DNA of 59,907 nt from a virus (IMGVR_UViG_3300029906_000160); one strand, 5' to 3'. Positions 47,718 to 59,510 are shown, counted from the stretch's first letter. Numbers and translations: made by a program. Notes: generated by a model from the sequence alone, not told the origin.

Positions 47718-48371
47718 TTAAAACGGAAGGTCATCGTTTTCATCCTCTCCAAGATCCTCGCGAAGCTTATCTGCTACAGAGGTATCCTTAGTCTTCATAT
47801 CAGTAGGCTTAGCTTCCTTAGCTGCCTCAATCATCTTAAGTTCACGATCATTAAGTGTAAGATCATGACCTATAAAACGAGTACGAATAGTAAGATTACC
47901 ATTCTTAGAAATACCTGCTACGAAAGTAGGAATTCCATTAAATCCATTATTCTGAGGAAGAAGCTTAACCTCTACTTCATCTCCAATGAATTCATCAGTG
48001 AGCTTCTTAATAGTCTTAACAATCTTAGCAAAAGATCCTTCAAGAGCAATCTTACCTTCATCGAGATCCTTTACAAGCTGAAGATTAAGTGCTTCGAGAA
48101 TCTGACGAACAGAAATCAAGAAATGATCTACCTGAGAAGCAGAAGGACCCCACTGCATTTCCTGTCTTTCATCGCTCTGTGGCTCAAAGAAATTATGCTT
48201 AAATTCACCATAACCATCAACGTCAAGTTTGAGAACCATTACGTTTGCTTCACCATTCTTAGTATTAACAGTATCATACTCTATACCACTAAACTGTGCC
48301 TTGTGAATACCTGCACCAAGAAACTTGCCACCTTCTGTAGCACCTTTTGTCTGACTAAATGAAAAATTCAT
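47718..48371 (-). CDS. Putative ssDNA-binding protein, 217 aa
   Basis: OB-like beta-rich body and acidic DENDDLPF C-terminal tail; replication cluster. Confidence 0.6.
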   Translation of the reverse strand: MNFSFSQTKGATEGGKFLGAGIHKAQFSGIEYDTVNTKNGEANVMVLKLDVDGYGEFKHNFFEPQSDERQEMQWGPSASQVDHFLISVRQILEALNLQLVKDLDEGKIALEGSFAKIVKTIKKLTDEFIGDEVEVKLLPQNNGFNGIPTFVAGISKNGNLTIRTRFIGHDLTLNDRELKMIEAAKEAKPTDMKTKDTSVADKLREDLGEDENDDLPF

Positions 48372-48404
48372 ACTTTAAATTAATTTTAAACGTTTAAACT
48401 TTAA

Positions 48405-48917
48405 TTAAAATGGCAGATCCTGATCGTCCTCTGCCTGAGACATAATATCATTGATCTCTTCATCTATTTCTGATGAATTAAGATCTTCAAGCTCTTTCTG
48501 TTCATTCTCTATAGAATCATTTTCTTCTTCTACTTTAACGAGTTTGAACATGTTTTCTTTAAATGGTTCAAGCTTGAATAAATTTCCATATATTTTAAGT
48601 GTTGAGTTTTTATTACCACGGAAAGATACTGTATTACTTCCTGTAAGTTTACATCCCTCCTCTTTATCGGTAAAAACTTCACTTCTCCCTATTAATGGGA
48701 ATGTATTATGATTGTTTTCAGTCCAATAGTTTACTTGTATTCTATCGCCGACTTTAGCGCCAATCATTTCAACAGTTTTTGGAGTTAGCTTTATCTTGTT
48801 ATCCATAAGTTGAACAAGAGGCTCTCCTTCATCTAAATTTACTTTAGACAAAGAAGTAACTTTAAGGTTAGATACCTTTTGAGTTACTTCATCAAAATTA
48901 AATGATATATTTAACAT
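48405..48917 (-). CDS. Hypothetical protein with acidic DLPF tail, 170 aa
   Basis: Track ORF ending EDDQDLPF. Confidence 0.7.
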   Translation of the reverse strand: MLNISFNFDEVTQKVSNLKVTSLSKVNLDEGEPLVQLMDNKIKLTPKTVEMIGAKVGDRIQVNYWTENNHNTFPLIGRSEVFTDKEEGCKLTGSNTVSFRGNKNSTLKIYGNLFKLEPFKENMFKLVKVEEENDSIENEQKELEDLNSSEIDEEINDIMSQAEDDQDLPF

Positions 48918-48922
48918 TTATA

Positions 48923-51148
48923 CTAGTTATTTTCTAGACTTTTATATATTCTTTCCCAATGATATTGTATAGTTCCATCTTCTTGCATTTCGCCTAATAC
49001 AACATCTTTATTACGAAGATGTTCTGGTCTACTACCACATTCTATGAATTTATCATTAGAATTAAATGAAAGTATAGTATTAGAATCATCATCTCTAGTA
49101 AGATAGCCAATAGCGTCTGATTTAGAGCTTAAAACGCGTCCTGTCTTCAATTATGTTATCTTTAAAGTTTTTTATCTTTAAATTCTTACAATTTCTTATA
49201 AGTTCAGCGTACATTTTTAACTTATATTAAGTTATCGGGCACTCTTGGAAGTATTATATTCTCTATATAGAGTTTCAACTTCTACGCGTTACGATTCTAA
49301 AAAGTCGTTACTCTTTTTAGTTATCTCGATATTAGCATACTCTGAATCTACATCAATATTTAAATTATCTTTAATTCATTGTTTAGCCTTTACCGATATT
49401 GTCCGATTATGATCTACGTAATCACTTACATAGACGGCAAAATTATTATGTTCTTTAAAAAAGTTATATTTTGAATATTTTCGTTCTAGATAAATTTTAG
49501 CATCTTTATATATATAATTTAATAATCTAACACTACAAGTTTTATTACATTTTATAGATCAAACATTATCATCATGTCTTTTATCATGATGTCAACTAAA
49601 ATGAATGTTTTCTTTTGATAAAATTTCTTCTAAACTTTTACAAAATTCCTTAGTTCCTACAAAAGATGTACATATGGTAAATCTTTGTTTTTTAGTATCT
49701 GAATAAGTATGTGATAAACATCCATCTCCGTCAAAATATCCTCGAATAAAAGCTGCATATAATCTTTCTGGAAGAATATCTTTTGATGGAAATTTTAAAG
49801 TTAAAGATTTTTTTGGAGTACAACCACATTTAATTAAATCCTCTTTAAATTGTTTATTACTAACATTTATTCTACATCTTCTAATTTTAAAGTCTAAACG
49901 AACACTAGAAGAAGATTTTAAAAACGTTTTAAATTTATTTAAATGTTCTGCATCTAACAATTGTAAAGAAAGTTCAACTTCATTATCTCTTGAACTCACA
50001 GCTCCATCAGCATATAAAAATCCCAACCAATATGCTTTTTCTTCTGAATTTATCTTATTAAATACTGTATTATCAAAAGAAACTGGAGTTGTGTTTCCTC
50101 CATTTTCATTTATTATTTTAGCTAAAGCATTTTTATGAAATCCATATTTTTCTACAAGTTTATAAATTGGGATTCCAGAATTAAAATCATCGAGTAATTC
50201 TTTAATATGTTTCTTTGTTCACACAGAATAATCAAAAGTTCCAGATTTAGGAAAATCTAAGTTTAATAGTTTCTTTTTATTTGTTCATAATGCTGTAGAA
50301 AATCCTAATTCTTTACAACTTTTATTAAAAGAAATTCCATTATAAAAATTTTCAACTAATTGCTTCGCTATATCTTTTGTTAATTTTGTTTGAGATTTAT
50401 GTTCGATATTTTCTATAAAATATTTATCTATTATATATAAATCTACTAATTTTTTATCTAAATTTAGTTTATTAGCTATTTCTGTAGAATTTAATCCTTT
50501 TGTATAATAGCTATTGATGTTTTCTTTTTGTAGTTCAGTTAAATTCATATTTTTTATATTATTATTGATTAACAATACAAATATATGAATTTATTTTTAA
50601 ATATCAAAATAAAAATTTTAACAGAAATAAAATTTACCTAACAGGTCGATTTGCTTGACTGTAACGTCACTATTAGCTATTGCCGCGTCTTTAACGTGAC
50701 AAACTAGTATGATATTAGGAGCACATTTAGCAACAGAATCAATTACTGTTTCCATTGCTTTTCTAAGATATGAATATCCTGCTCCCATACTAGCATCGAG
50801 AACATCATCACCAGTAAACTTGCTACCTGCAGGTGTTTCTTTAAACATCTTAAGGGCAAGAGGTTTAACCATATCTTCAAGAGCAGTTATAGTATCAATC
50901 ACAATAAACTGATAGGGATTTCCAGCCTTTTTAATAGCTTTACAAACTTCTCCAATATCAGAAATTGTTTTACATTCAACCTTCATTGCTTCAATATATG
51001 CATAACCACTCTCCAAATCTAAGATTAAAGCGTTTGGAAGGGATGCTAAAGCTGTAGATTTACCTATCTTACTTTTTCCGAATATAATTAAATTACGTGG
51101 ATCCTGTACAGAAGCAGGAATTTTACTAGTTGGTAATTCTATTGACAT
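48923..51148 (-). CDS. AAA_24/Sak4-like ATPase, join exons 50636..51148 and 48923..49147, 245 aa
   Basis: FGKSKIGKST, LDLESG and VIDTIT motifs. Splicing gives IDLLG|KTGRVLSSKSDAIGY. Confidence 0.88.
49289..50548 (-). CDS. Intron-encoded LAGLIDADG endonuclease, 419 aa
   Basis: AYWLGFLYADG and FIRGYFDGDG motifs. Open with TGA=W to TAA 49289. Confidence 0.87.
50578..50608 (-). promoter_or_regulatory. Bacteroidota sigma70-type promoter
   Basis: TTTG-N19-TATATTTG upstream of ATG 50548. Confidence 0.75.
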
Positions 51149-51151
51149 TAA

Positions 51152-52279
51152 CTAAAACTTTAAAATAAGTTCTTTTTTCTCAGATTTATTCTGAGTTTCA
51201 TCTTTTACAGCTAAATCTTCTTTTTGTTTATTTTCTTGTTTTAATTTACATGGAATGTTTGTTGACTCATCACAGTATTGTGTAAAATCAGTTATATCTT
51301 TTCCAGGTTTCAGCTCATTTCACCAACCAACTGAACCATAGAATGCCATGCCTATTACTTGATTTGCGATTCCATATCTATTCTTGCTAATTATACATGA
51401 CCTAAAATATTGTTTCATTCCATCATTTCCTAGTATCTTATAATCACGATAGCTAGTAAGTTTTTCTCTGAATGGAAAAAATAACTGAAGAACTACATCT
51501 GCGTCTTGAATTGGACCACTTGAATCGCGAACGTCATTCAATCCTGGCTCAGAAAGATCTGCTTTTCTACGATCCATAGAAGAAGATTCTCTATTTTGTT
51601 GCATAAGAACAAAAAATGACATAAGATACTTTCTTTTTATGGTAACCATATAAGAAGATTCTAAATCCATTTCCTCTTTAAGAGATCTTCCGTCTTTTGG
51701 TTGACTTAAAGATAGATGATCTATTACTCCAATTAATTTTTGTTTAGAATTATTTGGAATATATTTAGATTTACCATCAATTGTTTCATAATCTCCATGT
51801 TCTTCTGCAAATTTAATAGTTTCTCTATATAAAACGTTTGCATTTAAACCAGCATCCAAAATAGTTAAATATTGACTAATTGATTCTAACCATTTTTTAG
51901 CCTTTTGGAGACATTCATATTTATAATCGTCTAATGGTTTTTCAAAAGACATTATATCATTAACAGTTAAATAAATTCCAAATTCTTCTGCACAGTAAAG
52001 TCCCATTAATTTAGCTAAAAGTATTTCACTAGAAATCTCTAAACTAAAATAAAGAAAATACACTGGTTTATCTGGAGTTATATTCTTTAAGATATTATAC
52101 ATCATAAAAAGAACATATGCAGTTTTACCTACTGAAGACGCAGCTGATATTACATAATATCGTGATGGTTGAATTCCACCAATTAATTTGTCGAGTTTCG
52201 AAAGACCTGTAGATGTACCTAAATTATTACCTTTACGACCTTTCTCAATCATATGCCAGAGAATATTAAGATCACTCAT
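51152..52279 (-). CDS. dnaB: DnaB-like replicative helicase, 375 aa
   Basis: SAASSVGKT, FSLEIS, VIDHL, LMQQNR, QDADVV and SKNRYG motifs. Confidence 0.92.
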
Positions 52280-52875
52280 TATATACTTTCATATACATTA
52301 AATGAACTAGATATCTCTCCTTGCATATTATTTTCTTTTAAATATTTTAGTTCATCTCACTTATGACTTGCAACAAATTCTAATAGTCCTATTCGTATTT
52401 GATCGTTTTCTTTACCTCATTTTACAAGTTCCATAATCTCCTTATGTTTTTCTGGATTATGCCCAATTGTAGCAGAATAGTAAAAATAAAATTCATCTAA
52501 CGAATAAAATTTCTTAGCAATGTTGCGAAGTGACATGAGTTTCCCATTAATATTTAAAAATGGAGGATACTCGTTAAAGAGTTCCTGTCCCATTTCTCCA
52601 GATTGTTTATACCAAGACTTTATAAAGTTTTTATTAAACTGTATATCATTTGGTACATAACTTTCTGCATTATATGATTTAAGAATGATTCCTTTATTTT
52701 TAAGGGAATTAAATAATTCTCTTAATTTTTCTTTTCCTCCATTAGAAAATCATTTACCAAGATATTCAGAGTGATTTTCTTCATCTCTTGCTAATAGAGT
52801 CATATAAATAAGGAAAAATTCATCAAATGTTAAATTATGTGCTATACAAATATTCAAAATAGTATTTAATTCCAC
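52279..52875 (-). CDS. Conserved crAss-like protein upstream of DnaB, 198 aa (GTG start)
   Basis: Open only with TGA=W (three TGA codons); the stop overlaps the dnaB ATG. Confidence 0.75.
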
Positions 52876-52950
52876 TTAAATAAATTTAAAACATTCACAT
52901 AGCAAAATTGTTTAACGTCGGTTTATCGACTTTATCAATATTTTAAAAAG

Positions 52951-53307
52951 CTATTCTGATATAATTAATTTTCCAGAACACCAATAACCATCAAAAGTTC
53001 GATGATAATCATCCCACTCTCCTAATCCAAACCATCCTCTATCAAGAGTACGTGCAAAAATTTCAACTTGTGGATACCATCGTTCATAAGACACAGCAAA
53101 AATAAAATAATCAGTTTCTTTATCATATAACCAATCATATTCTTTTACTGTTGTTTTCCAAGCCTCAATTAAATCTGGGTCTGCTTCTTCAAATAGAATA
53201 ATATCTGTTATGAGAACTTGATATTTACGAGATTCAGTAATTTTACCATCATCATAACAATCATATTTCTTATACAATTCTGGAAGTTTAGTATCTATTT
53301 TTGACAT
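52951..53307 (-). CDS. Hypothetical protein, 118 aa
   Basis: Track ORF. Confidence 0.7.
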   Translation of the reverse strand: MSKIDTKLPELYKKYDCYDDGKITESRKYQVLITDIILFEEADPDLIEAWKTTVKEYDWLYDKETDYFIFAVSYERWYPQVEIFARTLDRGWFGLGEWDDYHRTFDGYWCSGKLIISE

Positions 53308-54514
53308 CTTTTGTTATTTTTCTTTCTCTTACTTCTAAAGGTTCGTTATTTAAAACTTTTTCAAGCTGTTGCTCATTAATAACTATATAATTTCCAGATG
53401 CACTATTTGCGAATCACTTTTCTTCAACAGTACCTTTGATTACAAGAGTAAATAATTCAGCAATTTTACCTGGTTCATATCTCAAAATTCTCCCAAAACG
53501 TTGATTTTTTCGTATTTGAGAAGAATCTGTACTAAGAATAATTCCAACAGACAAACCTTTAATATCTACTCCAACATCACAAGCTTTAGATGTATTTAAA
53601 ACTCCTGTTTGCTTAGAATTAAATTCTTCTAAGATTGCATCATTCTGTTTTTTAGATTTTTTAGAATGCAAAACATATTCATTTTTAGTAGCTAATTTTT
53701 CAGAATCTTTGATTGTCGCACTAAAAGTAATACATTTCTTATCTTTACGAGCATCAAGAATCTTTCTAGCTATTTCAAACTTTTTTGGATGTGACTGAAC
53801 AAACATTTTACGTTTACGTAACCTATCCATTCATCCAAAACAAACTGCATCAAATTGTTTTTGATCTAAACCAAGTTTTTTAGCATATTTACGTCTTTCG
53901 ATTATATTCGTGGTTAAAGTCATTCCTAAATTGAAGTCATATCCCATTTGAGAAAAGAATCCAATAAATTCTTGATTTCACTTATTATAATCAGAAAGAT
54001 CTACGTCTAACATAACAACATATTCTTTTGCTGGAGAAGTTCATCCGTATAACATTCCTTCTTCTCTAGTAATTTTGTCAACTACAGGAGCATAAGCTTT
54101 AACTAAAACTTCTTTTCCATCTAATCGTTCAAGAGTTCCAGTTAAACAAAGAATCATATTATAATGAACACAATTAAATACTTCTGAAAATGTTACTGTT
54201 GGACAAATATGACACTCATCTTGAACTAAAAGATCTACATCTCACTCGTGTTTAACTACAGTATTAATAATTTGAACTTGTACATTATTTTGAAATCCAT
54301 ATTTATTAATAGATTCTAATCATTGTTCTTTAAGTACATCTGTAGGAACACTTACAAGGATTTTGGCATCAGGCTTAGCTCTAATTACTTTATTAATTGC
54401 AATAAGAGCACATCTTGTTTTTCCAAAACCAGGGAAATAACACAAAGTACCTTTACAACCAGCTTGAATTCATTTTTTGATACCTTCTTTTTGCCTATCT
54501 GTTCTAGATATCAT
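53288..54514 (-). CDS. SF2 (DExH) helicase, 408 aa
   Basis: PGFGKT, QDECH, LTGT, DVGVDI and QRFGRILR motifs; multiple TGA=W. Confidence 0.9.
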
Positions 54515-56406
54515 TAAAATAGACTTAATTCTTTAATTTTTAAAGGCATTAATATCTTTTGGGCTTCACCTATATAATAATGATAATTAATCCTTCTATC
54601 CGCTATTGGAACGGGTTCATCTTCGAATTTATTTAATATTGTAACTCCTGAAGAGCTATTCATTAATATTCGAGCTAATTCATGTCGATTTTCATCATAT
54701 TTAACTTTATATAGATAATAGCCATTATAAGACATATAATATCTATTTATATGCTGAATTGTTTTTCCAGCATATTCGACTTCAAAATCTTTACTAACCT
54801 TTTGATAAGTCAAGAACATTTTTATATCTTGACAATTTTTAATAGTTTCTTCACATGGAATTCCTTCAACGAGTTCTTTATTTACAGCATGAGCAATGAT
54901 TCTTGGAGCCATACCTTTACCTAAAGAAAGTGATTCAAGAAATGCACCTTTACGCTTAATAAAACTAGGATCATGAGTTTCTGACCATCCTTTCATTACT
55001 CCAACATAATCATTAATTGCTGATTGATAAAAGCGTTCAAAATACTCAGTTTCCAATCCAATTTTAGTTATCTTACTTCATTCGGCAAATCTCTGTTTTA
55101 GGTGTTCTTCTTGATCTATTTTCATTATATAAAGAACACCATCTGTATTAGTTTGACAGATTTTACAGTCTTCTTCGTCTAATATTTCAAGTAACATCAT
55201 CATCATTAGTTGCCCATTAATACGCATAGTATATGCAACATTATAATCACAACACCAAGAATAATCAGACTGAAGATTCCCACTTAACCCATTTATACTA
55301 AGTTTTAAAGTTGCGTCTTTAAGTTTTTCTTTAGCTCTTTTAGCTGCGACACGTTCTTCTTTGATTTTTCTATATACTTCAAGAAACTTGGGTCCTAAAT
55401 GAGCAGGATATAAGTTATGCTCAATTAAAATCGTGGGATATAGACTCGTAGCATCACTATCAGCAAGAATATAACCTTCTTCTGGTTCAAATCCTTCAGG
55501 TTTATTAACACTATGAAGTCCTCCAACACCAAAAGTATGTAATAATCCACCTATAATAAATTTCCGTTCAAATGAATTATCTCCAGGTGTTAAAACTTGT
55601 TCTTTTAGTTCTTCAAGTAACTTTTGTAAATCTGGATTTTTAAATTTTATAAATGGAAATATAATATCTTTAAAGACAATTTGCTTCGGTTGTGTTCTAA
55701 GATCTTTAATTTGATCTCAAGATAATCCAGTTTCAGCCAAATACCTTTGTTTAAGAATTTCCATTCCAAGATTTACGCCGTCTTTATTAAGAGCTTTTAT
55801 ATGATATTCTTCTTCAATAGATAATCTAAGCTCTATATCTTTTTGACAACGATAGAGTAGTTCTTCAGTACTATTAACATCATTAATATTATAAAAAATC
55901 ACATTATCGATATCTGATTGTTTTACAGAACTATTAAAATCTCCATCGTATTGAAGAACATTAGGAAATTCCATTGTCACTTGCATTTCTTTAAGTCCAA
56001 TTCTAAGCTTGTTAGAAAATAACATAGCTAAAAGGTCAAGAGATTCAAAAAGATGAGCATATTTATATTTTTCAAGACCATTAAATCTATTTTTCTCAGA
56101 AGTTATAATTTTATCACTAAGTGCTTTTATAGATTTGATGATCTCTCATACAGGTTTTCTTATGAGTTCTTTTGCATGTATTAATAAAAAATTAATTAGT
56201 ATGTCATCATAATGTTCGTTATTATATCCACACATCATTAATCTTTTATTTAAAAACACTTGAACAATCAAAGATAAATCGTTTCTACGATCTGAAATTT
56301 CATAGGAACGAATTACCTTTGATTCAGTATTCTTTATAGTACAAGTAAAAAGGTTAGGAAATACTTCTACATCATATACGAATACTGTTTTACCTCTAAT
56401 TAACAT
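54514..56406 (-). CDS. polB: Family B DNA polymerase, 630 aa
   Basis: Exo YDVEV; DATSLYP, KLSINGLSG and NTDG polymerase motifs. Three track ORFs in one frame. Confidence 0.93.
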
Positions 56407-57250
56407 CAGAAGTGGTTAATACAAAGTTTTTCTTTTCTGCTACTTTCTTGATATTAGACATAAGATTCTCTCACTTAGCAATATGATATTCTACATCATA
56501 ATCAAGCAACAGAAGAATTTTATCTCTAAGAAGTGTAAGAGTTGCTGTTGGAAGACTAGATATTTTTGGATATTGATCAAGCTTTACAAGACTTCTAAAT
56601 TCATTATAGCTTAAACCTTTACGATCAATACGAAGTTTTAAACTATTATTAAGTATAAGTCTCTCCTTAATAACATCCATAAAATCTCTCTGTTTTCCAT
56701 CAACAAATTCTTGCAGTTCTTTCTTCTCTTCATTTGTTAGCCAAATACCTTGAGAAACGATAAACTTATCTGAAATAATCTTTCGATTAAGAGCATCAAG
56801 TTTATCAAAACAAGCTGAAAGTAATCTATCAATTGTTACTTTCTCAAATATTGTTGGAACATTTGTAAAAATAGTTGTAACGTAATCAGAATCCTTTAAA
56901 TTAAGAGATGATTTCTGAGCAATAATAAAATCAAAAAGATCTTTATTTGTTTTAAACATCTCCAAAGTTAATTCATGTAATATATAACGCATAAAGAGCT
57001 CTGCATTAACATTTTCATAGGTACGATTAATGATTTGTTTAATAATATATTTACCAGGAGTTGTTTTCGTTTTACTATAAAGCATACTATTACAATGATC
57101 ATAGCATTTCTGTAATTCGTCCTGATCCATGTCCATTAATCGTTTAGATGTTCCATTCTTATATTTTCATACAAGATTATTAACATCTGTTCTTGCTCGC
57201 TCTTTACTTGTTTCTATTGCTCTATTCAAGGTATCGCCAAAATCTGTCAT
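56396..57250 (-). CDS. Conserved crAss-like hypothetical protein, 284 aa
   Basis: Track ORF extended at both ends through TGA codons. Confidence 0.75.
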
Positions 57251-57256
57251 ATATAT

Positions 57257-57568
57257 TTAAAATTTAAATTCTTTATTATTAATCTTTTCTTGTTCTTTTA
57301 TGAAGTTCAAAAAATAGTTTGCTGTATAGTTATAATCAACTAATGTTCCTGTATCTCGTCTATAATATTTTTCTCCTGCGTTAACTATATCTATTTGAAC
57401 ATAACCTTTATCTCCAATTTCTGGAAAAGGACCATTTCAATTTGGAAGTTTGCAAACCATTATATATTTATCTATACTATCATTCGGTTGTTCTAAATCC
57501 GAAAATACATATAGCGTATATTGACCTTCTTGTTTCTCTACTAATTCAGCATGAAGTGTTTTAATCAC
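57257..57568 (-). CDS. Hypothetical beta-rich protein, 103 aa (GTG start)
   Basis: Open with one TGA (PNW); fills the gap between genes. Confidence 0.65.
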
Positions 57569-57569
57569 T

Positions 57570-58187
57570 CTAATCGTTATCTCCAGTATATACGTTCATA
57601 ATAGATTTCTCCTTTCTGAGCCATGAACCCTCAGATTCAGCTATATCAAGCGCTGTTCTGGATATACTCTCTTCTTCTACCTGTTCCGGAAGCAATTTAC
57701 CCTCTATGGGGCTATTTCCCATAAGCCAAGCAAAAGTAAACCAGTCACGTTCTGCAAAAGAGTTATCTACCATTTCTTTTATAAGATTTGTCGTTTCAAT
57801 TTCTTTATCGACAGTCATCTTAAATGGAGTTACTGGATCATCCCAATCTTCTTTAATTTCAGGAACTTCGGGATAAAGAACTGCTGCATCATTATAATTA
57901 AGATAGTTAATTATCCAATCATGATGAAGCTTTTCTTCTTCAGCTCTCTTTATATAATATGCTTCAAGAACTGCAAGTCCATTAATTCCATAATAATTGG
58001 CAAATGATCTGTAAAGATTGTGATTATAAAGTTCATGTGAAAGCTGTCTTAGAAGAAGATCTATAGTTCTATCACTAAGTGTACAAATTCTTCTTTTAAG
58101 ACCTTCATTTTTGGCATTTGTTTCAGGTGCCATTTCCTGTGTAGGCTGAGGACTATCCATGCCCTCGTTTTTTTCTTTTAGTTTCAT
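57570..58187 (-). CDS. Ferritin-like protein
   Basis: HELYN..Y, EEKLH, KEIETT and EQVEEE ferroxidase-centre pattern. Confidence 0.88.
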   Translation of the reverse strand: MKLKEKNEGMDSPQPTQEMAPETNAKNEGLKRRICTLSDRTIDLLLRQLSHELYNHNLYRSFANYYGINGLAVLEAYYIKRAEEEKLHHDWIINYLNYNDAAVLYPEVPEIKEDWDDPVTPFKMTVDKEIETTNLIKEMVDNSFAERDWFTFAWLMGNSPIEGKLLPEQVEEESISRTALDIAESEGSWLRKEKSIMNVYTGDND

Positions 58188-58356
58188 CTATATTATCAAT
58201 TTTAGATAAAACAAAATACTTATTACCCTTGTAATAAGATAAATCTTTTACTTCTTTCTCTGATGTAAATGTTTTCGAGTCAGCTAGATGATAATATTTA
58301 AATCCATTATCATTAACTGACTCAAAGATTTCCATTAAATAGTAAAACATTACCAA
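58153..58356 (-). CDS. Hypothetical protein (start uncertain)
   Basis: Track ORF in operon context. Confidence 0.5.
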   Translation of the reverse strand: MVMFYYLMEIFESVNDNGFKYYHLADSKTFTSEKEVKDLSYYKGNKYFVLSKIDNIDETKRKKRGHG

Positions 58357-58709
58357 ATTTCAATTCGGTAAATATTAATATGAAAATTAAAACTATATTG
58401 CTGTTCTAATAAATTATATAAATCAGAAGACATGATAAATTGATGTCCATCTACATAAAAGCGCATATCAAATGCATCATCTGTAGTCATATATCGATTT
58501 ATATCTTCTTCATTAAATTCAAAATTACCTAGTTCAGCAATAACATCATACTGTTCATAAAAAACTATTTCAATTTCATCTCTATCTTTAGCAAACCAAG
58601 CCAGTATATTTTCAACTCTTTCATCTAATTGAATTTCATTAGCATAAGTATGTTCAACAACTGGATACCAATGATTAGCTAATTTCTTTATTTTTATCGG
58701 AATAATCAT
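58350..58709 (-). CDS. Hypothetical protein, 119 aa
   Basis: Track ORF. Confidence 0.7.
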   Translation of the reverse strand: MIIPIKIKKLANHWYPVVEHTYANEIQLDERVENILAWFAKDRDEIEIVFYEQYDVIAELGNFEFNEEDINRYMTTDDAFDMRFYVDGHQFIMSSDLYNLLEQQYSFNFHINIYRIEIW

Positions 58710-59166
58710 ATTTAATATTTATTGGATCTTGTGGCAGATTCATACATGTTGCAGCATGACAAGCAAGACGATCTGCATATTCATTCATAGAATGATTATT
58801 GTGTCCTTTTACTCATTGAAAAGTGACAGTATGATAATTTAATAAATCTACAAGTTGAAACCATAAATCTAAGTTTTTCTTACTTAAATCTTGTTCCTTA
58901 ATTCATTTTTTGTAATACTCTCCATTAATAGAATTTACAACGTATTGAGAATCTGAAACAATTGTTAATTCAGTTGGATTTGGAAAATATTTAAGTGTTT
59001 CAATCACAGCAAGTAATTCCATACGATTATTTGTTGTATTTAGATAACCTTGATATATTTTATCTATACAACGCCCATCATAACAAATTACTGCTGCGTA
59101 TCCTCCTCGTTCTCCGTTATTGATACAACTTCCGTCTGTATAAACTTTTCATCTAGTTTTAGACAT
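58675..59166 (-). CDS. rnhA: Ribonuclease HI, 163 aa
   Basis: VYTDGSC, TNNRMEL, SDSQYV, NLDLW, W(TGA)VKGH and NEYADRLA. Missed by the standard-code track. Confidence 0.95.
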
Positions 59167-59510
59167 TGATCAAGTATGTATTCAAAAAGATAACAAACTG
59201 CTTCTTGATCTCTTACATCTACTCCAACACTATTTAAAATATAAAAAGTAGCATGTAAAATTTCATGACATTTTGTTTTTAATGATGCATCAGAAGGATA
59301 TCAAATATAAATAGTTGATTTAGGTTGAAATGTTGATCCTAAAGATACACCACAATAACAATTTTCTAATTGACAACATTCTTTAGTTTCAATTAGATTT
59401 AAAGCAGTATCTTCTTCTCCAATCAAAAGTACAACTGTTCAATCATAAATAGGAACCGTAAACGGCCTAATTAATAATTCCTTTTGTTGTATTTTCAGAT
59501 TCTCCTGCAT
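59088..59510 (-). CDS. Small protein with HExxH motif, ~140 aa
   Basis: CHEILHA...QEAVCYL; open with TGA=W by coordinates. The displayed line at 59341 seems one base short, so the middle is uncertain. Confidence 0.55.

Larger units (their letters stand above)
49148..50635 (-). mobile_element. Group I intron in the AAA ATPase gene
   Basis: Exon ends GGU and intron ends G (49148). Core-like elements AATCGGACAATATCGGTAAA, AATATCGAGATA, GAGTGCCCGA, AATGTACGCTGAAC. P1 is only weakly identifiable. Confidence 0.85.

Noticed and set aside
6137-50912. Opposite-strand track ORFs (e.g. 6137-6388, 12641-12856, 14446-14640, 16044-16250, 20301-20504, 24344-24574, 32355-32582, 47865-48362, 48451-48711, 50709-50912)
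   Set aside because: Shadow or alternate-frame ORFs overlapping well-supported genes, with no recognisable motifs.
59341-59400. Apparent frameshift in the small HExxH gene
   Set aside because: The displayed line appears to hold 59 bases while coordinates imply 60, and the frame is consistent by coordinates. Treated as a display artefact.
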